From IMG/VR virus record IMGVR_UViG_3300030380_002827: 63,014 nucleotides of DNA; one strand, 5' to 3'. The translations under genes were made by a program, and so were the position numbers. The DNA comes from an uncultured virus (IMG/VR IMGVR_UViG_3300030380_002827) (lineage: Duplodnaviria > Heunggongvirae > Uroviricota > Caudoviricetes). Position 1 is the stretch's first letter; every line of letters starts with the position of its first letter. Shown here piece after piece: positions 1-9,808 of this stretch. The notes below the pieces were generated by a model. The model saw only the letters and a list, made by a program, of their open reading frames with translations. It had not been told where the DNA came from and ran no database searches.

Positions 1-860
1 TCATCATTGAAACGATCTACTCTCTCATCCATTGCAATTCTGATAGGAGCATACTCTCTACGACCATCTCCCACATCAATAATATCAAAGTCCTTGTGGC
101 CTGGATAACTAATGTTCTCTGGGTATGTTGAACCAATCACAACAGTTGCAGTCTTATCAAATGCTCTTGCAATGTGTTGACCCATACTGTCACATCCTAA
201 GAAGTGATCAGCAATCTCAATCACACCAGCCCAAACTCTCATATCTGAAATTTGAGGTCTAGCAATAGGATATTTGTCTTCATTTTCCTCGGTTGGGAAA
301 TGAATCTCACTCATCACAATCACTCCATAGTCTTTCTTAAGAGCGTTGATGATATCTACAACTCCTGTAAGAGCCATACTTCTGGAAGTTGGATCTGCAA
401 TAAACTCTCCCATCTGTTCAACAGATCTACCAAAAGGTTGAACAACAATTACTTTGTCTTTTTTAGTAACAGATTTGATTTCTTCAACGATATTATAGGC
501 AGCAATACTCTCTGTTTTATTGAGATGAATTGTAGGTTTAGGAAGTTCTCTGGGTTCTTCTAACCCATTGATTTCCATATCATATGCTTGTGCTAGATTG
601 CACTTCTGATTGTAATAGTGCCATACTCTGTATGGTTCTGGACTCTCGCAATCCCTTTGTTTAACGTGTTCTTGGAATACTCCTTTATGCCAGTGGTCGT
701 AAACCCTACTATCTAATGTAGGATGCCCTTTGAAGAAATCAGTACCACCTTCACAAATGATGACAAAATCATCATGAGTTTCTGCATATTTTTCAAATGC
801 TGGTATTGAACTTATTACTCTCCCTGCCCCACCATTGACGAAGAATGCTTTTGATCTCAT
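1..860 (-). CDS. Glycosyltransferase, GT-B/GT9 (heptosyltransferase)-like; runs off the window edge
   Basis: Not in the ORF track because it has no stop in the window. Hand translation: MRSKAFFVNGGAGRVISSIPAFEKY...VVQPFGRS...IADHFLGCDSMGQHIARAFDKTATVVIGSTYPENISYP, which matches the GT9 D-S-G-x-x-H-x-A motif. An in-frame ATG also exists at 869. Confidence 0.65.
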   Translation of the reverse strand, partial: MRSKAFFVNGGAGRVISSIPAFEKYAETHDDFVIICEGGTDFFKGHPTLDSRVYDHWHKGVFQEHVKQRDCESPEPYRVWHYYNQKCNLAQAYDMEINGLEEPRELPKPTIHLNKTESIAAYNIVEEIKSVTKKDKVIVVQPFGRSVEQMGEFIADPTSRSMALTGVVDIINALKKDYGVIVMSEIHFPTEENEDKYPIARPQISDMRVWAGVIEIADHFLGCDSMGQHIARAFDKTATVVIGSTYPENISYPGHKDFDIIDVGDGRREYAPIRIAMDERVDRFND

Positions 861-887
861 AGTTCTCATAATTCCTATAGTATATAG

Positions 888-1547
888 TCACATAAAAAAT
901 ACCTGTGCCAGACGAGGATATTCCTTGAACATCTTTCGATTTATGTCTGCTCCGTGGGTACATTCAGCTTCATACATTACCATTCTATTATATTTCATTG
1001 GACATGTAAATGTTATATCATTTCTTATGTTGTAATCCCCATAAGCATGATCTTCCATATATTTGTAAAAATCTGTTCCTCCCTCAGATTCCTCATCCTT
1101 GTTCAGATAAACTAGAGCAGCCCAACTGGAATCTGCATCTTTATGGTGAGTAAAACAATAAACTGTTTTATTGAATCTTTCGTTTATATCTTCATTAGTT
1201 GTATGATTGACCCAGAACTTTTGACTGTCCCATCTATAATCAAACATTCCCTCACTAAATTGCAGATTTGTCCACTCTGGATGTTGGCAGAGTTCTTTGA
1301 AAACTGGTTTCAGATTCTCAACCATGTCTGGCCTATCTTCAACAACTCTCGTTCCTATAAGACCGCCACAATGTTCTTTGTCACTTTTTCTATCACACGA
1401 TAACGCATAATCCCTGACTTCATCAGGATTTTTGTAGAAATCATCTACTACAAATACCTTTCTCCACTTGTAACCAGAGTCATTATATCTGTCGTAGTCG
1501 TAGCATCTTTTTATTTCAGTAATTGTGACTGGATTTACTTCAAACAT
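888..1547 (-). CDS. Putative 2OG-Fe(II) oxygenase (DUF6445-like)
   Basis: VVDDFYKNPDEVR N-terminus, HxD (HKD), WAALVYLN, GGTDFY, YNRMVMY..H and a terminal RLAQVFF are typical of cyanophage 2OG-Fe(II) oxygenases. Confidence 0.7.
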   Translation of the reverse strand: MFEVNPVTITEIKRCYDYDRYNDSGYKWRKVFVVDDFYKNPDEVRDYALSCDRKSDKEHCGGLIGTRVVEDRPDMVENLKPVFKELCQHPEWTNLQFSEGMFDYRWDSQKFWVNHTTNEDINERFNKTVYCFTHHKDADSSWAALVYLNKDEESEGGTDFYKYMEDHAYGDYNIRNDITFTCPMKYNRMVMYEAECTHGADINRKMFKEYPRLAQVFFM

Positions 1548-1552
1548 GTAAT

Positions 1553-1580
1553 AAAAAAGATCCCCTTATTAGGAGGATCT
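1553..1580 (-). terminator. Intrinsic terminator after the tail chaperone gene
   Basis: Minus strand reads AGATCCTCCT-AATA-AGGGGATCT-TTTTT: a hairpin plus U tract. Confidence 0.7.
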
Positions 1581-1609
1581 TAGTGATGTAATTTATATAT
1601 AAAACTAAT

Positions 1610-2395
1610 TTAGATAGAATTAGGTGGTTCCCATGCTTGTCCAGTTTCTGAATCAGGGTCTCCTTGGTGAGGAGGATTTTGGAATCCAGGCTCAATGGGG
1701 AACATCAAGTCAGCGAAGTTAGGATGAACGCCAGCAGCAATCATTTTGTTAGGAAGATCTCTCAATGACTGACGGTATGCTTTCCACTGATCTTTAAGTG
1801 CATCGGGCATATCTTCTGCAATCTGGCCGTCACTATTAGAAAGAACACTGTCTCTATGCTTTCTGACATGTTCCCATGTCTTGTCCTCATCAGTACCGTT
1901 TAACTTCTCTCTAGGAGTGAATTGACCGATAGTAATGTCATCAGGTCCAGCACTGCCAGGATTTGCAACTCTGATAGTATCCCAGTTGTAGATGTCATCA
2001 GGGAAGAGTGTTGAAGAATATGTGAACTGAGGATACACACCTCCATCTACATCTGGAGAGCCAGGATGGTTGAGATCTGTACCAGCACCTCTGTCTTCTT
2101 CTTTCTCGTTTACAACGGGTCCTCTTAACTGACAGATGAGTGTGTGTAGATCAGATCTAGCACAATCAACTTCATACCACTGAACTACGTCAGCTGGTTT
2201 TGGACGACCATCTGCGATGTCATCTTCTGTGAGAGGTCCGTATACCTCTTTTCCTTCTGCATTGATTTGCAGAAAAATCTTGTCGGGACCATCATAAGTT
2301 TGGTCTCTCTGGTTTCCATCAGACATAGAGTGGTCTGAAAGGAAAGCGTTCGGAAGATTTAACTTCCACTGTCTTTCGATAATTTTTGTTGCCAT
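1610..2395 (-). CDS. Phage tail (fibre) assembly chaperone-like protein
   Basis: The C-terminal WEHVRKHRDSVLSNSD...D.P...WKAYRQSLRDLP motif is characteristic of tail assembly chaperone domains. The gene lies next to the fibre genes. Confidence 0.7.
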   Translation of the reverse strand: MATKIIERQWKLNLPNAFLSDHSMSDGNQRDQTYDGPDKIFLQINAEGKEVYGPLTEDDIADGRPKPADVVQWYEVDCARSDLHTLICQLRGPVVNEKEEDRGAGTDLNHPGSPDVDGGVYPQFTYSSTLFPDDIYNWDTIRVANPGSAGPDDITIGQFTPREKLNGTDEDKTWEHVRKHRDSVLSNSDGQIAEDMPDALKDQWKAYRQSLRDLPNKMIAAGVHPNFADLMFPIEPGFQNPPHQGDPDSETGQAWEPPNSI

Positions 2396-2427
2396 TTTGG
2401 ATTTCTTCGGGTTTACTCCTTCGGGAC

Positions 2428-2435
2428 TATTTATA
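2428..2435 (-). promoter_or_regulatory. T4-type late promoter TATAAATA
   Basis: Exact gp55-type consensus on the minus strand, about 30 nt upstream of the chaperone start. Confidence 0.7.
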
Positions 2436-2462
2436 AAAAAAGAGGGTCTATGACCCCCTTTT
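2435..2462 (-). terminator. Intrinsic terminator ending the fibre/Cys-rich operon
   Basis: Minus strand reads AAAAGGGGGTC-ATA-GACCCTCTTTTTTT. Confidence 0.75.
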
Positions 2463-2482
2463 GAAAAATTTTCTTGTTCGGT

Positions 2483-3271
2483 TTAGACGTAAGTGATCTT
2501 AACGAGTCCTCCTCCACCTTGTCCGCCTTGTCCACAACACCTACCACAGTAGTTACTGTTTGCACCTTGACCACCGTGTCCGTATGGAACTGTCCAGCAA
2601 CCACAACGCATCCAACACTGTCTTTGTCCGTATGAAACACCAAGAGTTCCGATGAATGGAGCACCTGTTGGTAATCCTTCATTATAGAAACAGTGACAGT
2701 TGAATCCGTCAGGTCTGTATGAGTTACCACCGTGGTTACCCATTCCGAAGTCTCCTCCGTGAGCGCCAGGTTGCATACAGCAAGTATGGAATTCTGAATA
2801 ACAGTTTGCAGACCAGTCACCAGTTGCACAACCTCTAGTACCACCTAAGGCACAGAAGTTAGAGAGGTTATATCCATTTACATAGGAGTTACATCCGCAA
2901 CACCCTGTACACTCTCTAGAACAACAACGGTAAACACCAGCAGCACATACAGTGTATGAACATCCAGCAGTTGTACTAATAGTTTTAGTATTGTAGTATC
3001 CACCACCAGCACCATGCCAGTTTTGACATCTGTTACATGAACACGCACCGTGTCCATTTCCCCCAGAACCCCAGATTTCCCAAGTGATTCTTGTTACTCC
3101 AGTTGGAACTTGCCAGTTGCAACAACAGCCAGGTGTGCAATAACATGGATGACCATACACCCATTTTACACACCAGTTAGAGAATGAACCAGCTTGAACT
3201 TTTGAACTACCGATCGTTGAATCAATAATTCTCTCGTTAGTAACTTTTTTATAACTTGAATAAGTAGCCAT
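2483..3271 (-). CDS. Cys-rich glycine-rich-domain protein, paralog 3 (tail-fibre associated)
   Basis: 262 aa with about 30 Cys by hand count. Scaffold WQVPTGVTRITWEIWGSGG...GGGYYNTKTI...GGGGLVKITY resembles phage glycine-rich tail domains. Confidence 0.75.
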   Translation of the reverse strand: MATYSSYKKVTNERIIDSTIGSSKVQAGSFSNWCVKWVYGHPCYCTPGCCCNWQVPTGVTRITWEIWGSGGNGHGACSCNRCQNWHGAGGGYYNTKTISTTAGCSYTVCAAGVYRCCSRECTGCCGCNSYVNGYNLSNFCALGGTRGCATGDWSANCYSEFHTCCMQPGAHGGDFGMGNHGGNSYRPDGFNCHCFYNEGLPTGAPFIGTLGVSYGQRQCWMRCGCWTVPYGHGGQGANSNYCGRCCGQGGQGGGGLVKITYV

Positions 3272-3280
3272 TTCTTCCCC

Positions 3281-4075
3281 TTAGAAGTATGTAATTTTGA
3301 CAAGTCCGCCACCGCCAGTACCACCCTGACCGCAACATCTACCACAATATGTAGACATAGCACTTTGTCCGCCGTGACCGTAAGGTACGATCCAACAACC
3401 ACAACGAATCCAACATTCTCTAATAGACTGAGTAACTTGTGTACCAATCAACGGTGCAGAAGTAGGTCTCTGACCGTAGTGATAACAGTGACACCAACCT
3501 CTGTAGGTATCGTGTCTAGATACAGACCAGATAGAACCGTGGTTACCAATTCCGAAGTCTCCTCCGTTTGTACTGGGACCTCTACAACATGTGTTAACTG
3601 ATTGACAAGAGGTTGTCCAACTTGGGTTAGCGTTACCTCTACATCCTCCGATAGCACAGAAGTTAGATAAGTTGTATCCATTTACATAGGATGAACAACC
3701 TATACAACCATAACACTCTCTAGAGAGACATGGATAAACACCAGCAGCACAGATACTATATCCACAATTACTATTGGTTGTAATCATTTTGGAGTTATAG
3801 TATCCTCCACCACCAGATTGGAAGTGTTGGCATCTGTTACATGAACAGGAACCAGTACCATTTCCTCCAGCACCCCAGGCCTGAACCCACATGTTGTTCA
3901 CACCTGTTGGTACTGACCAGTTGCAGCAACAACCTGGCGAGCAACGGCACATTGTACCGAATACCCATTTTACGCCGTAGGTACAGTTCGGAGATCCACT
4001 AAAACTAGTAGCACTGAGGATATTATCCTCTAATTGATCTCCATTAATTTTTTTGTATGATGAATAACTTGCCAT
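3281..4075 (-). CDS. Cys-rich glycine-rich-domain protein, paralog 2
   Basis: 264 aa, collinear with both neighbours (PGCCC, CSCNRCQ, SYVNGYNLSNFCA, CHC, CWxRCGCW, YCGRCCGQGG). Confidence 0.75.
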   Translation of the reverse strand: MASYSSYKKINGDQLEDNILSATSFSGSPNCTYGVKWVFGTMCRCSPGCCCNWSVPTGVNNMWVQAWGAGGNGTGSCSCNRCQHFQSGGGGYYNSKMITTNSNCGYSICAAGVYPCLSRECYGCIGCSSYVNGYNLSNFCAIGGCRGNANPSWTTSCQSVNTCCRGPSTNGGDFGIGNHGSIWSVSRHDTYRGWCHCYHYGQRPTSAPLIGTQVTQSIRECWIRCGCWIVPYGHGGQSAMSTYCGRCCGQGGTGGGGLVKITYF

Positions 4076-4088
4076 TTCTGTTTAATTC

Positions 4089-4874
4089 CTAGACGTAAGT
4101 GATTCTTACAACACCAGAGCCGCCTTGACCGCCCTGACCACAACAACGACCACAGTATGTAGTCATAGCACTTTGACCACCTGTTGCATAAGGAGCAGTC
4201 CAACAACCACAACGTGACCAACACTGTTCAGCCATAGTCTCAACACCTTCCGATGTTAAGAATGGAGCACCTGATGACATTGTGTTTGTAACCGCACCAG
4301 TACAGTGACAGTTCCAGTGACCTGACCAACCTTTTTGGTGAGGAGACATTGCGAAATCTCCACCCCATGTTCCAGGCGATACACAACAGAAGTGTCTAGA
4401 TGTACATCTAACTGTCCAGTCGGGGTTCGCACAACCTCTTGCACCACCAATAGCACAGAAGTTAGATAAGTTGTATCCATTTACATATGAGGTACAACCT
4501 TGACATCCGTTACATTCTCTTGAACAGCAACGATAAACTCCACCAGCACATACAGTATATTGACAACCAGCAGCGGTACTAATTGTCTTAGTATTATATG
4601 TACCTCCAGAAGGAGCTTGGAAGTGTTGACAACGGTTACATGAGCAGAACCCATTACCGTTACCTCCAGCACCCCAGAGTTCGATAGTTAACTTACCTAC
4701 ACCAGATGGGACTTGCCAATAACAGCAACAGCCTGGTGTGCAATAACATGGATGTCCGTAGAACATCTTGACACAATAATCAGGGGTCACACCCGACGCT
4801 AACTTCGAGATTCCGATGGATCCCGAAGTTATTTGGTCTGATCTTACTTTTCTATATGATCTATAGTTGGCCAT
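4089..4874 (-). CDS. Cys-rich glycine-rich-domain protein, paralog 1
   Basis: 261 aa with the same motif set, directly downstream of the tail fibre gene. Confidence 0.75.
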   Translation of the reverse strand: MANYRSYRKVRSDQITSGSIGISKLASGVTPDYCVKMFYGHPCYCTPGCCCYWQVPSGVGKLTIELWGAGGNGNGFCSCNRCQHFQAPSGGTYNTKTISTAAGCQYTVCAGGVYRCCSRECNGCQGCTSYVNGYNLSNFCAIGGARGCANPDWTVRCTSRHFCCVSPGTWGGDFAMSPHQKGWSGHWNCHCTGAVTNTMSSGAPFLTSEGVETMAEQCWSRCGCWTAPYATGGQSAMTTYCGRCCGQGGQGGSGVVRITYV

Positions 4875-4925
4875 TTACGATCCTTAAGAGGGGTTGAATA
4901 AAAACATAATATAAAGGATCTCAAA

Positions 4926-7900
4926 TTAGATGGAGAAGATTCTCCAACCGTATGTAGAACCAGAGTAAACGAGGGTAAATGCAGCACCTTCAGTTGAAAC
5001 TGTCAAGTCAGCATTGTCACCTTGAATTGGTCTACCGTTTCTTCCACATACAAGTGCGTTAGAATCAAATGTCTTCGCAACGTCCATGAAAGTAATTTCG
5101 TCACCCAAGTTAGGTGATGCAGGCAAGGTCAATGTAACCTGACCACCACCTGTGTTAACAAAGTATGTAACTCCAGAAGTTACAGATGTACTTGAGGAAA
5201 CTGTACTGTATGTCTTAACACCAGGCTGAATCCATGAAGTACCGTTGTAGTACTCAAGAGCACCCAAGGTAGTGTTGAATCTCAACGCACCAGTGTTGAA
5301 CTCGTCGTCGATACCGCCTGGTCTTTGAGCAGTTGTACCAACAGGAGGTGTCATTGCCTTGATACCCATTGAACCGCGAGTTAAGAATCCCTTAACCGCA
5401 AATTCTGTAGGACATGCAGTGTTAGAGTTACCAGCGAGTGTCTCGTCAGAGGAGAATTCGTTGATCGCCTCACCAACCTGACCACCAATCGCACCAAGTC
5501 TCAATTCTGTCAAACCAGAAAGGTTGAACGCGGAAGCATCCAATGTAGCACGACCAGTCAACTGGTCAACGGAGAAGAAGTCTCCAACTCGGAAGTTACC
5601 ACCTTGGTCGGTAGATACGAAGAACACCTTACCAGGTCCGAACACGTTAGTTTCTTGACCTTGGATAACGTTCGCCAAGTTGACGTTTGGATATCCAGTT
5701 TCAGTCTTGTTACCAGTACCAACTGCGAGGAAGTCATGTCCTGTTAGTCTTGCCTGTGAGAACAGTGTTCTGATTTGAATATCAGATCCTTGACCAGAAC
5801 CTAAGTTTCTAGTATCCCATGTTCCTCTTGATTTCTCAGGAGAGATTGTCAGAGTTGCACGATTATTGTAGACAACTTGTTGTCCAGCACCCGATCCTGC
5901 CTGCCACTCAAAGAAAGTGGATGCGACGGATACGCCCGTAATTGTGTTAATGATGTAGAATCTATCATCTGCACCATATAGTGATGTTTGGAATCCAATA
6001 GCATCACCGATTAGAAGTGTTCCAGATGTTTGGTCAACTTCTAGAATTGTACCTTTTTGTCCAGTTGTGGAAGATGCAGCCGCACCAACTGTGATCGAAC
6101 CGATACCAGAACTCTGTTCTGCACCAGCACCGAACCAGACGATTTCACCGTCTACGAATCCAGTTGTACCGATACCAGCGTTACCGTAACCAGACTGATA
6201 CTTGAAGTAAATCTTATCAGCAGAAATCTGATCGTTCAAGAACCATGCAGTTGCCTTAGATGTTTGTCCGAACATGGTAGCACCAACTGAAACTGTTCCA
6301 GCCTTAGTTGTACCTTGAACTTCCATCATGTCACCGAAGACTTGTGCAGTTCTTGGAACTTCATCAGTTGAGAAACCAGATGAGATAACACCGTAGTCTC
6401 CGTAAGAGTTGTTTCCACCAACACCCCTGATTCTTGATCCACCACCTGAGTAGTAACCCCACTTAGCGTAGTATGTGAAACAGGAAACGATTTCAGCGAT
6501 TGCACCCTTATCAAGAATGTAACCAGCACCATCAGATGCAACGTGCGTGAACGCATCGAACACCATTGATTTTGCACCAGTGTCGTGTACACCACCATCG
6601 ATGAATACACCAACACCACCACCACCGAATCTGCCACTTTCTGTTGCAGGGTCAGAGAAACAAGTACAGTCCTTAACGTAAGGTGACTTGTTATCGATAG
6701 GTGAATCTGGGTTCAAGGAGATGAACACACCAGCAGCAGTTGTACCGATACCAGTTCTTAAGTTTGCATTGTCTAACTGTAAAGGAGCGTTAGGATCATA
6801 GTAGAATCCTTCCATTCCTTTCATGGAGATTGCCTGAATAGTTGTTGCATCAGACATCTTGAACATGTGACTTCTGTTGTTAGGAGTCACAGAGTCATCA
6901 GATGTTCCATCTTTAGGTAGAACCTGAGAACCTCTAAGTGCGTTACCAACAATCGAAGTGAAAGGAGGAACTGTAACTGGTAACTGTTCATAGAACTGAG
7001 ACGCAGACAGTTTCAAGATAGCAGGTGTTAGGTCTGTTACCTTACCACCTTCAACGTATGTGTGGTTGATAGTTGAGATACCAACGTTGACCTTAAAGTT
7101 GTCAACATCAGGAACTTCAAGAACTTCGTAGTAAGACTTAGCAACTTTATCTGGGTAGATAGTAGTTGTTAGACCAACGAACGCAGTACCACCAGAAACA
7201 TAGAGGTAATCAGTAGTTGAAACACCTACGTTAAGAGTGATTGAGTTAGAGTCGGGTACAGCCTGTACAAGGAATTCATAAGTACCTTGAGTATGTACAG
7301 CAGGGAACTTACCAGTGATTGTCTGGTCATCAGACGCAGTACCAACGTTAATTGTAATTGTGTTGGTTGTAACAGCGGTAATGTTAAGAGCTGTATTGTA
7401 TGCAGGGTCAGGGTTTCCGTCTCCAGCAACAGCACGAGGATAAGAGTGATCAGTTGTATATCCGTCCATTGAGCAACGGAATGTCATACCATCTGTTTCT
7501 AATCTTACAGAAGTACCAACTGTTAATGCGTGAGCACCGATTGTGCAAACCATGTCACCAGTTGCTTGGTTATAGGAAACCGCAGATGGTTGATGGTTGA
7601 CGATTGGAGAAGGTCCAACGTTTACAGTAAATGTATCAGTTGTTGTACCTGTAATACTTAACTGTTGTCCTTGTGCAGGGTCTTTGCCAGGTCTAGGATA
7701 TGTCTTCTGAGAACCATTGTTGTTCATCGTACAGGTGAACGTAAATGCGTTATCAGCAATAGTAACCTTATCGGAAGTTGATAAACTATGACCAGTAAGG
7801 GTCATTATAAAGTTACCATTTGAAGGATCGTATGTAGCACTTGTAGGTGTTACAGCTGATCCACCAACAACTTGAACTCCGTTTGGAGCGCAACTGTTAA

Positions 7901-9365
7901 ATGTGTGAGAATAGTCACCACCAGACTGAATAGCATTTGCTAATGCACTCTGGAATGTATGGGCGAACTGTGCGGAACCTTGGTATTGGACACTTAAGTT
8001 TCTGATTCTAACTGTTGCACCAATTCCAACTTCGGGAGCAGCACCAAGACCAATAGCAGTAATAGTCGCAAGACCAACTGCCTTGTTATAGGTCATACCC
8101 AAGACAGTAAATACGTTACCTCCAGATAGACACTCAAACTCGATGTCTTGTAACTGAACGAACGTACCAGTGTTTAACAGACCGTGACCAGGCGCAGTAA
8201 CCGTTGCCACACCAGTGGAAGCGGTATACACCATATTGGTGATATCTGTCTTAGGACGAGCAGCCTCGCAAGCCTTCTTGATAGTCTTGAACGCCAAGTT
8301 AGGTGCAAGACCGTTATATGTGTCTAATCCGTCTTCGGAGTCAACGTAGTAAATTCTAGTTTGGTTACCTACAATCTCGTAGCCAGGTAATCCATTTGAC
8401 TGAACTGCAAGTGCGTAACCAGTAGAACCGATACCGATTCTTACGTTACCTGAGTTGTATGTAAGTAAGTCACCCTTGGTGTTAAGAGCAGCGGATGAAT
8501 CTCCTGATGCAAGTACTTCCCAGAATGTTCCGATTCCAGCAATAGGAATAACATTCTTATGAGAGTTACCAACAGAAACGTATGAATCTGAACCGTATCT
8601 TGCAACGTGGCCTGGATGGTAGTTAAAGGTCGTGGAGAAACCGCCTTTGAAATCAAATCCTTTGACAAGTAAATCCCATACTTGACCGCCCTGATATCCT
8701 TCGGGGAAGATTGATCCTAAACCAACCTGTAATGGAGAAACGTTAGTTGTAATACCCAGTTTATGACGGTAAATATTACCACCATACTGAACTAAGTCTC
8801 CTCTGTAGTAAGTACCTTCGAGGTAAGTTGAAGCCGCACCAGCAAGACCATCAGATAAGATACTCCATTTTGCAGCTGGGTCTGTAGAAATACCCAAATA
8901 CTGTGGAGGTTGGAAACCAGCGAGTGATGTGGTTAACGCAACATAAGATGAACCGTTGTAGTTTACAACGTCACCTGATTGGTATTCTGTACTTAAATCC
9001 CACTCACCTTCGTTTTGGAATCCTTTTACATATTCCGATACTTTCGTCTTATCGATGAAAGTTCCTTCTGATGTGTGAGCAGTGGTTACTCTGTAGACAA
9101 CGTTACCGTATTTTACTAGATCGTTAATACGATAGTAAACTCCAGCTTGCCACTGTCCTTTTTGTTCTAGACCTTCAATATGGATGTTCCATTTGGAAAG
9201 GTCGTTGGCGTAAAAGTCACTGACGCTTGCTGTTGACGTGTGGTTTTCGATTGCCACATAAGTGTTACCACCAAACTTGGCGATATCGTCAATCAAATAG
9301 GCTTTGGATGTTGTCCAGTCACCTGTCCAGTTGAATTTTACTCTTCCAAGTCTAAACTCAGCCAT
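4926..9365 (-). CDS. Tail fibre / tailspike-like protein
   Basis: 1479 aa. N-terminal W-x4-Y-x2-[GD]D-V-x-Y-G repeats are carbohydrate-binding-module-like. It also has a YYVDSEDGLD...AFKTIKKA motif, central YPR..DP repeats, a beta-helix-like region, and C-terminal PVGTTAQRP / VTLTLPASPNLGD fibre motifs. Confidence 0.8.
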   Translation of the reverse strand: MAEFRLGRVKFNWTGDWTTSKAYLIDDIAKFGGNTYVAIENHTSTASVSDFYANDLSKWNIHIEGLEQKGQWQAGVYYRINDLVKYGNVVYRVTTAHTSEGTFIDKTKVSEYVKGFQNEGEWDLSTEYQSGDVVNYNGSSYVALTTSLAGFQPPQYLGISTDPAAKWSILSDGLAGAASTYLEGTYYRGDLVQYGGNIYRHKLGITTNVSPLQVGLGSIFPEGYQGGQVWDLLVKGFDFKGGFSTTFNYHPGHVARYGSDSYVSVGNSHKNVIPIAGIGTFWEVLASGDSSAALNTKGDLLTYNSGNVRIGIGSTGYALAVQSNGLPGYEIVGNQTRIYYVDSEDGLDTYNGLAPNLAFKTIKKACEAARPKTDITNMVYTASTGVATVTAPGHGLLNTGTFVQLQDIEFECLSGGNVFTVLGMTYNKAVGLATITAIGLGAAPEVGIGATVRIRNLSVQYQGSAQFAHTFQSALANAIQSGGDYSHTFNSCAPNGVQVVGGSAVTPTSATYDPSNGNFIMTLTGHSLSTSDKVTIADNAFTFTCTMNNNGSQKTYPRPGKDPAQGQQLSITGTTTDTFTVNVGPSPIVNHQPSAVSYNQATGDMVCTIGAHALTVGTSVRLETDGMTFRCSMDGYTTDHSYPRAVAGDGNPDPAYNTALNITAVTTNTITINVGTASDDQTITGKFPAVHTQGTYEFLVQAVPDSNSITLNVGVSTTDYLYVSGGTAFVGLTTTIYPDKVAKSYYEVLEVPDVDNFKVNVGISTINHTYVEGGKVTDLTPAILKLSASQFYEQLPVTVPPFTSIVGNALRGSQVLPKDGTSDDSVTPNNRSHMFKMSDATTIQAISMKGMEGFYYDPNAPLQLDNANLRTGIGTTAAGVFISLNPDSPIDNKSPYVKDCTCFSDPATESGRFGGGGVGVFIDGGVHDTGAKSMVFDAFTHVASDGAGYILDKGAIAEIVSCFTYYAKWGYYSGGGSRIRGVGGNNSYGDYGVISSGFSTDEVPRTAQVFGDMMEVQGTTKAGTVSVGATMFGQTSKATAWFLNDQISADKIYFKYQSGYGNAGIGTTGFVDGEIVWFGAGAEQSSGIGSITVGAAASSTTGQKGTILEVDQTSGTLLIGDAIGFQTSLYGADDRFYIINTITGVSVASTFFEWQAGSGAGQQVVYNNRATLTISPEKSRGTWDTRNLGSGQGSDIQIRTLFSQARLTGHDFLAVGTGNKTETGYPNVNLANVIQGQETNVFGPGKVFFVSTDQGGNFRVGDFFSVDQLTGRATLDASAFNLSGLTELRLGAIGGQVGEAINEFSSDETLAGNSNTACPTEFAVKGFLTRGSMGIKAMTPPVGTTAQRPGGIDDEFNTGALRFNTTLGALEYYNGTSWIQPGVKTYSTVSSSTSVTSGVTYFVNTGGGQVTLTLPASPNLGDEITFMDVAKTFDSNALVCGRNGRPIQGDNADLTVSTEGAAFTLVYSGSTYGWRIFSI

Positions 9366-9401
9366 TTTTTCTCCGTGTAATTATCTGAGGGTTTGGGATT
9401 T

Positions 9402-9806
9402 TTACTTAGGTCCGATGCTGTTATAAGCATAGTCAGGACCATTAAATCTTATAACGAAAAAGCCATCATCGTCTATGTAATAGTATAAGTTTCTTCGATC
9501 AAAGCGAATCTGTTGGTATTTATCATTCGGATCATCTACGAATTTTTTTTCAGTAGCGATATCACTACGAATGATTGATGTTTTACCAACACCAACATCG
9601 TAAGTACCATAATCTAAACCATCACCGAATTCTGGTATAGCAGTTCCATCGTTACGATAGAATTCTCCTAATTCTGTTGAAGCCGCACTAACTTTGGAGA
9701 ACAGCAACATGCCTTCTGCATCTCTTCTGAGTGCATACACGAAAAAACCCGACGATTCGGAGGGGTCAAACTGTCCAGAAATAGAATTACTTAGCGTAAG
9801 TGCCAT
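9402..9806 (-). CDS. Hypothetical tail-fibre-associated protein
   Basis: 134-aa ORF with normal composition, in the fibre operon. Confidence 0.65.
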   Translation of the reverse strand: MALTLSNSISGQFDPSESSGFFVYALRRDAEGMLLFSKVSAASTELGEFYRNDGTAIPEFGDGLDYGTYDVGVGKTSIIRSDIATEKKFVDDPNDKYQQIRFDRRNLYYYIDDDGFFVIRFNGPDYAYNSIGPK

Positions 9807-9808
9807 TG

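Noticed and set aside
2483..4874. Diversity-generating retroelement acting on the paralogs
   Set aside because: No reverse transcriptase in the window and no adenine-specific template/variable repeat pair seen.
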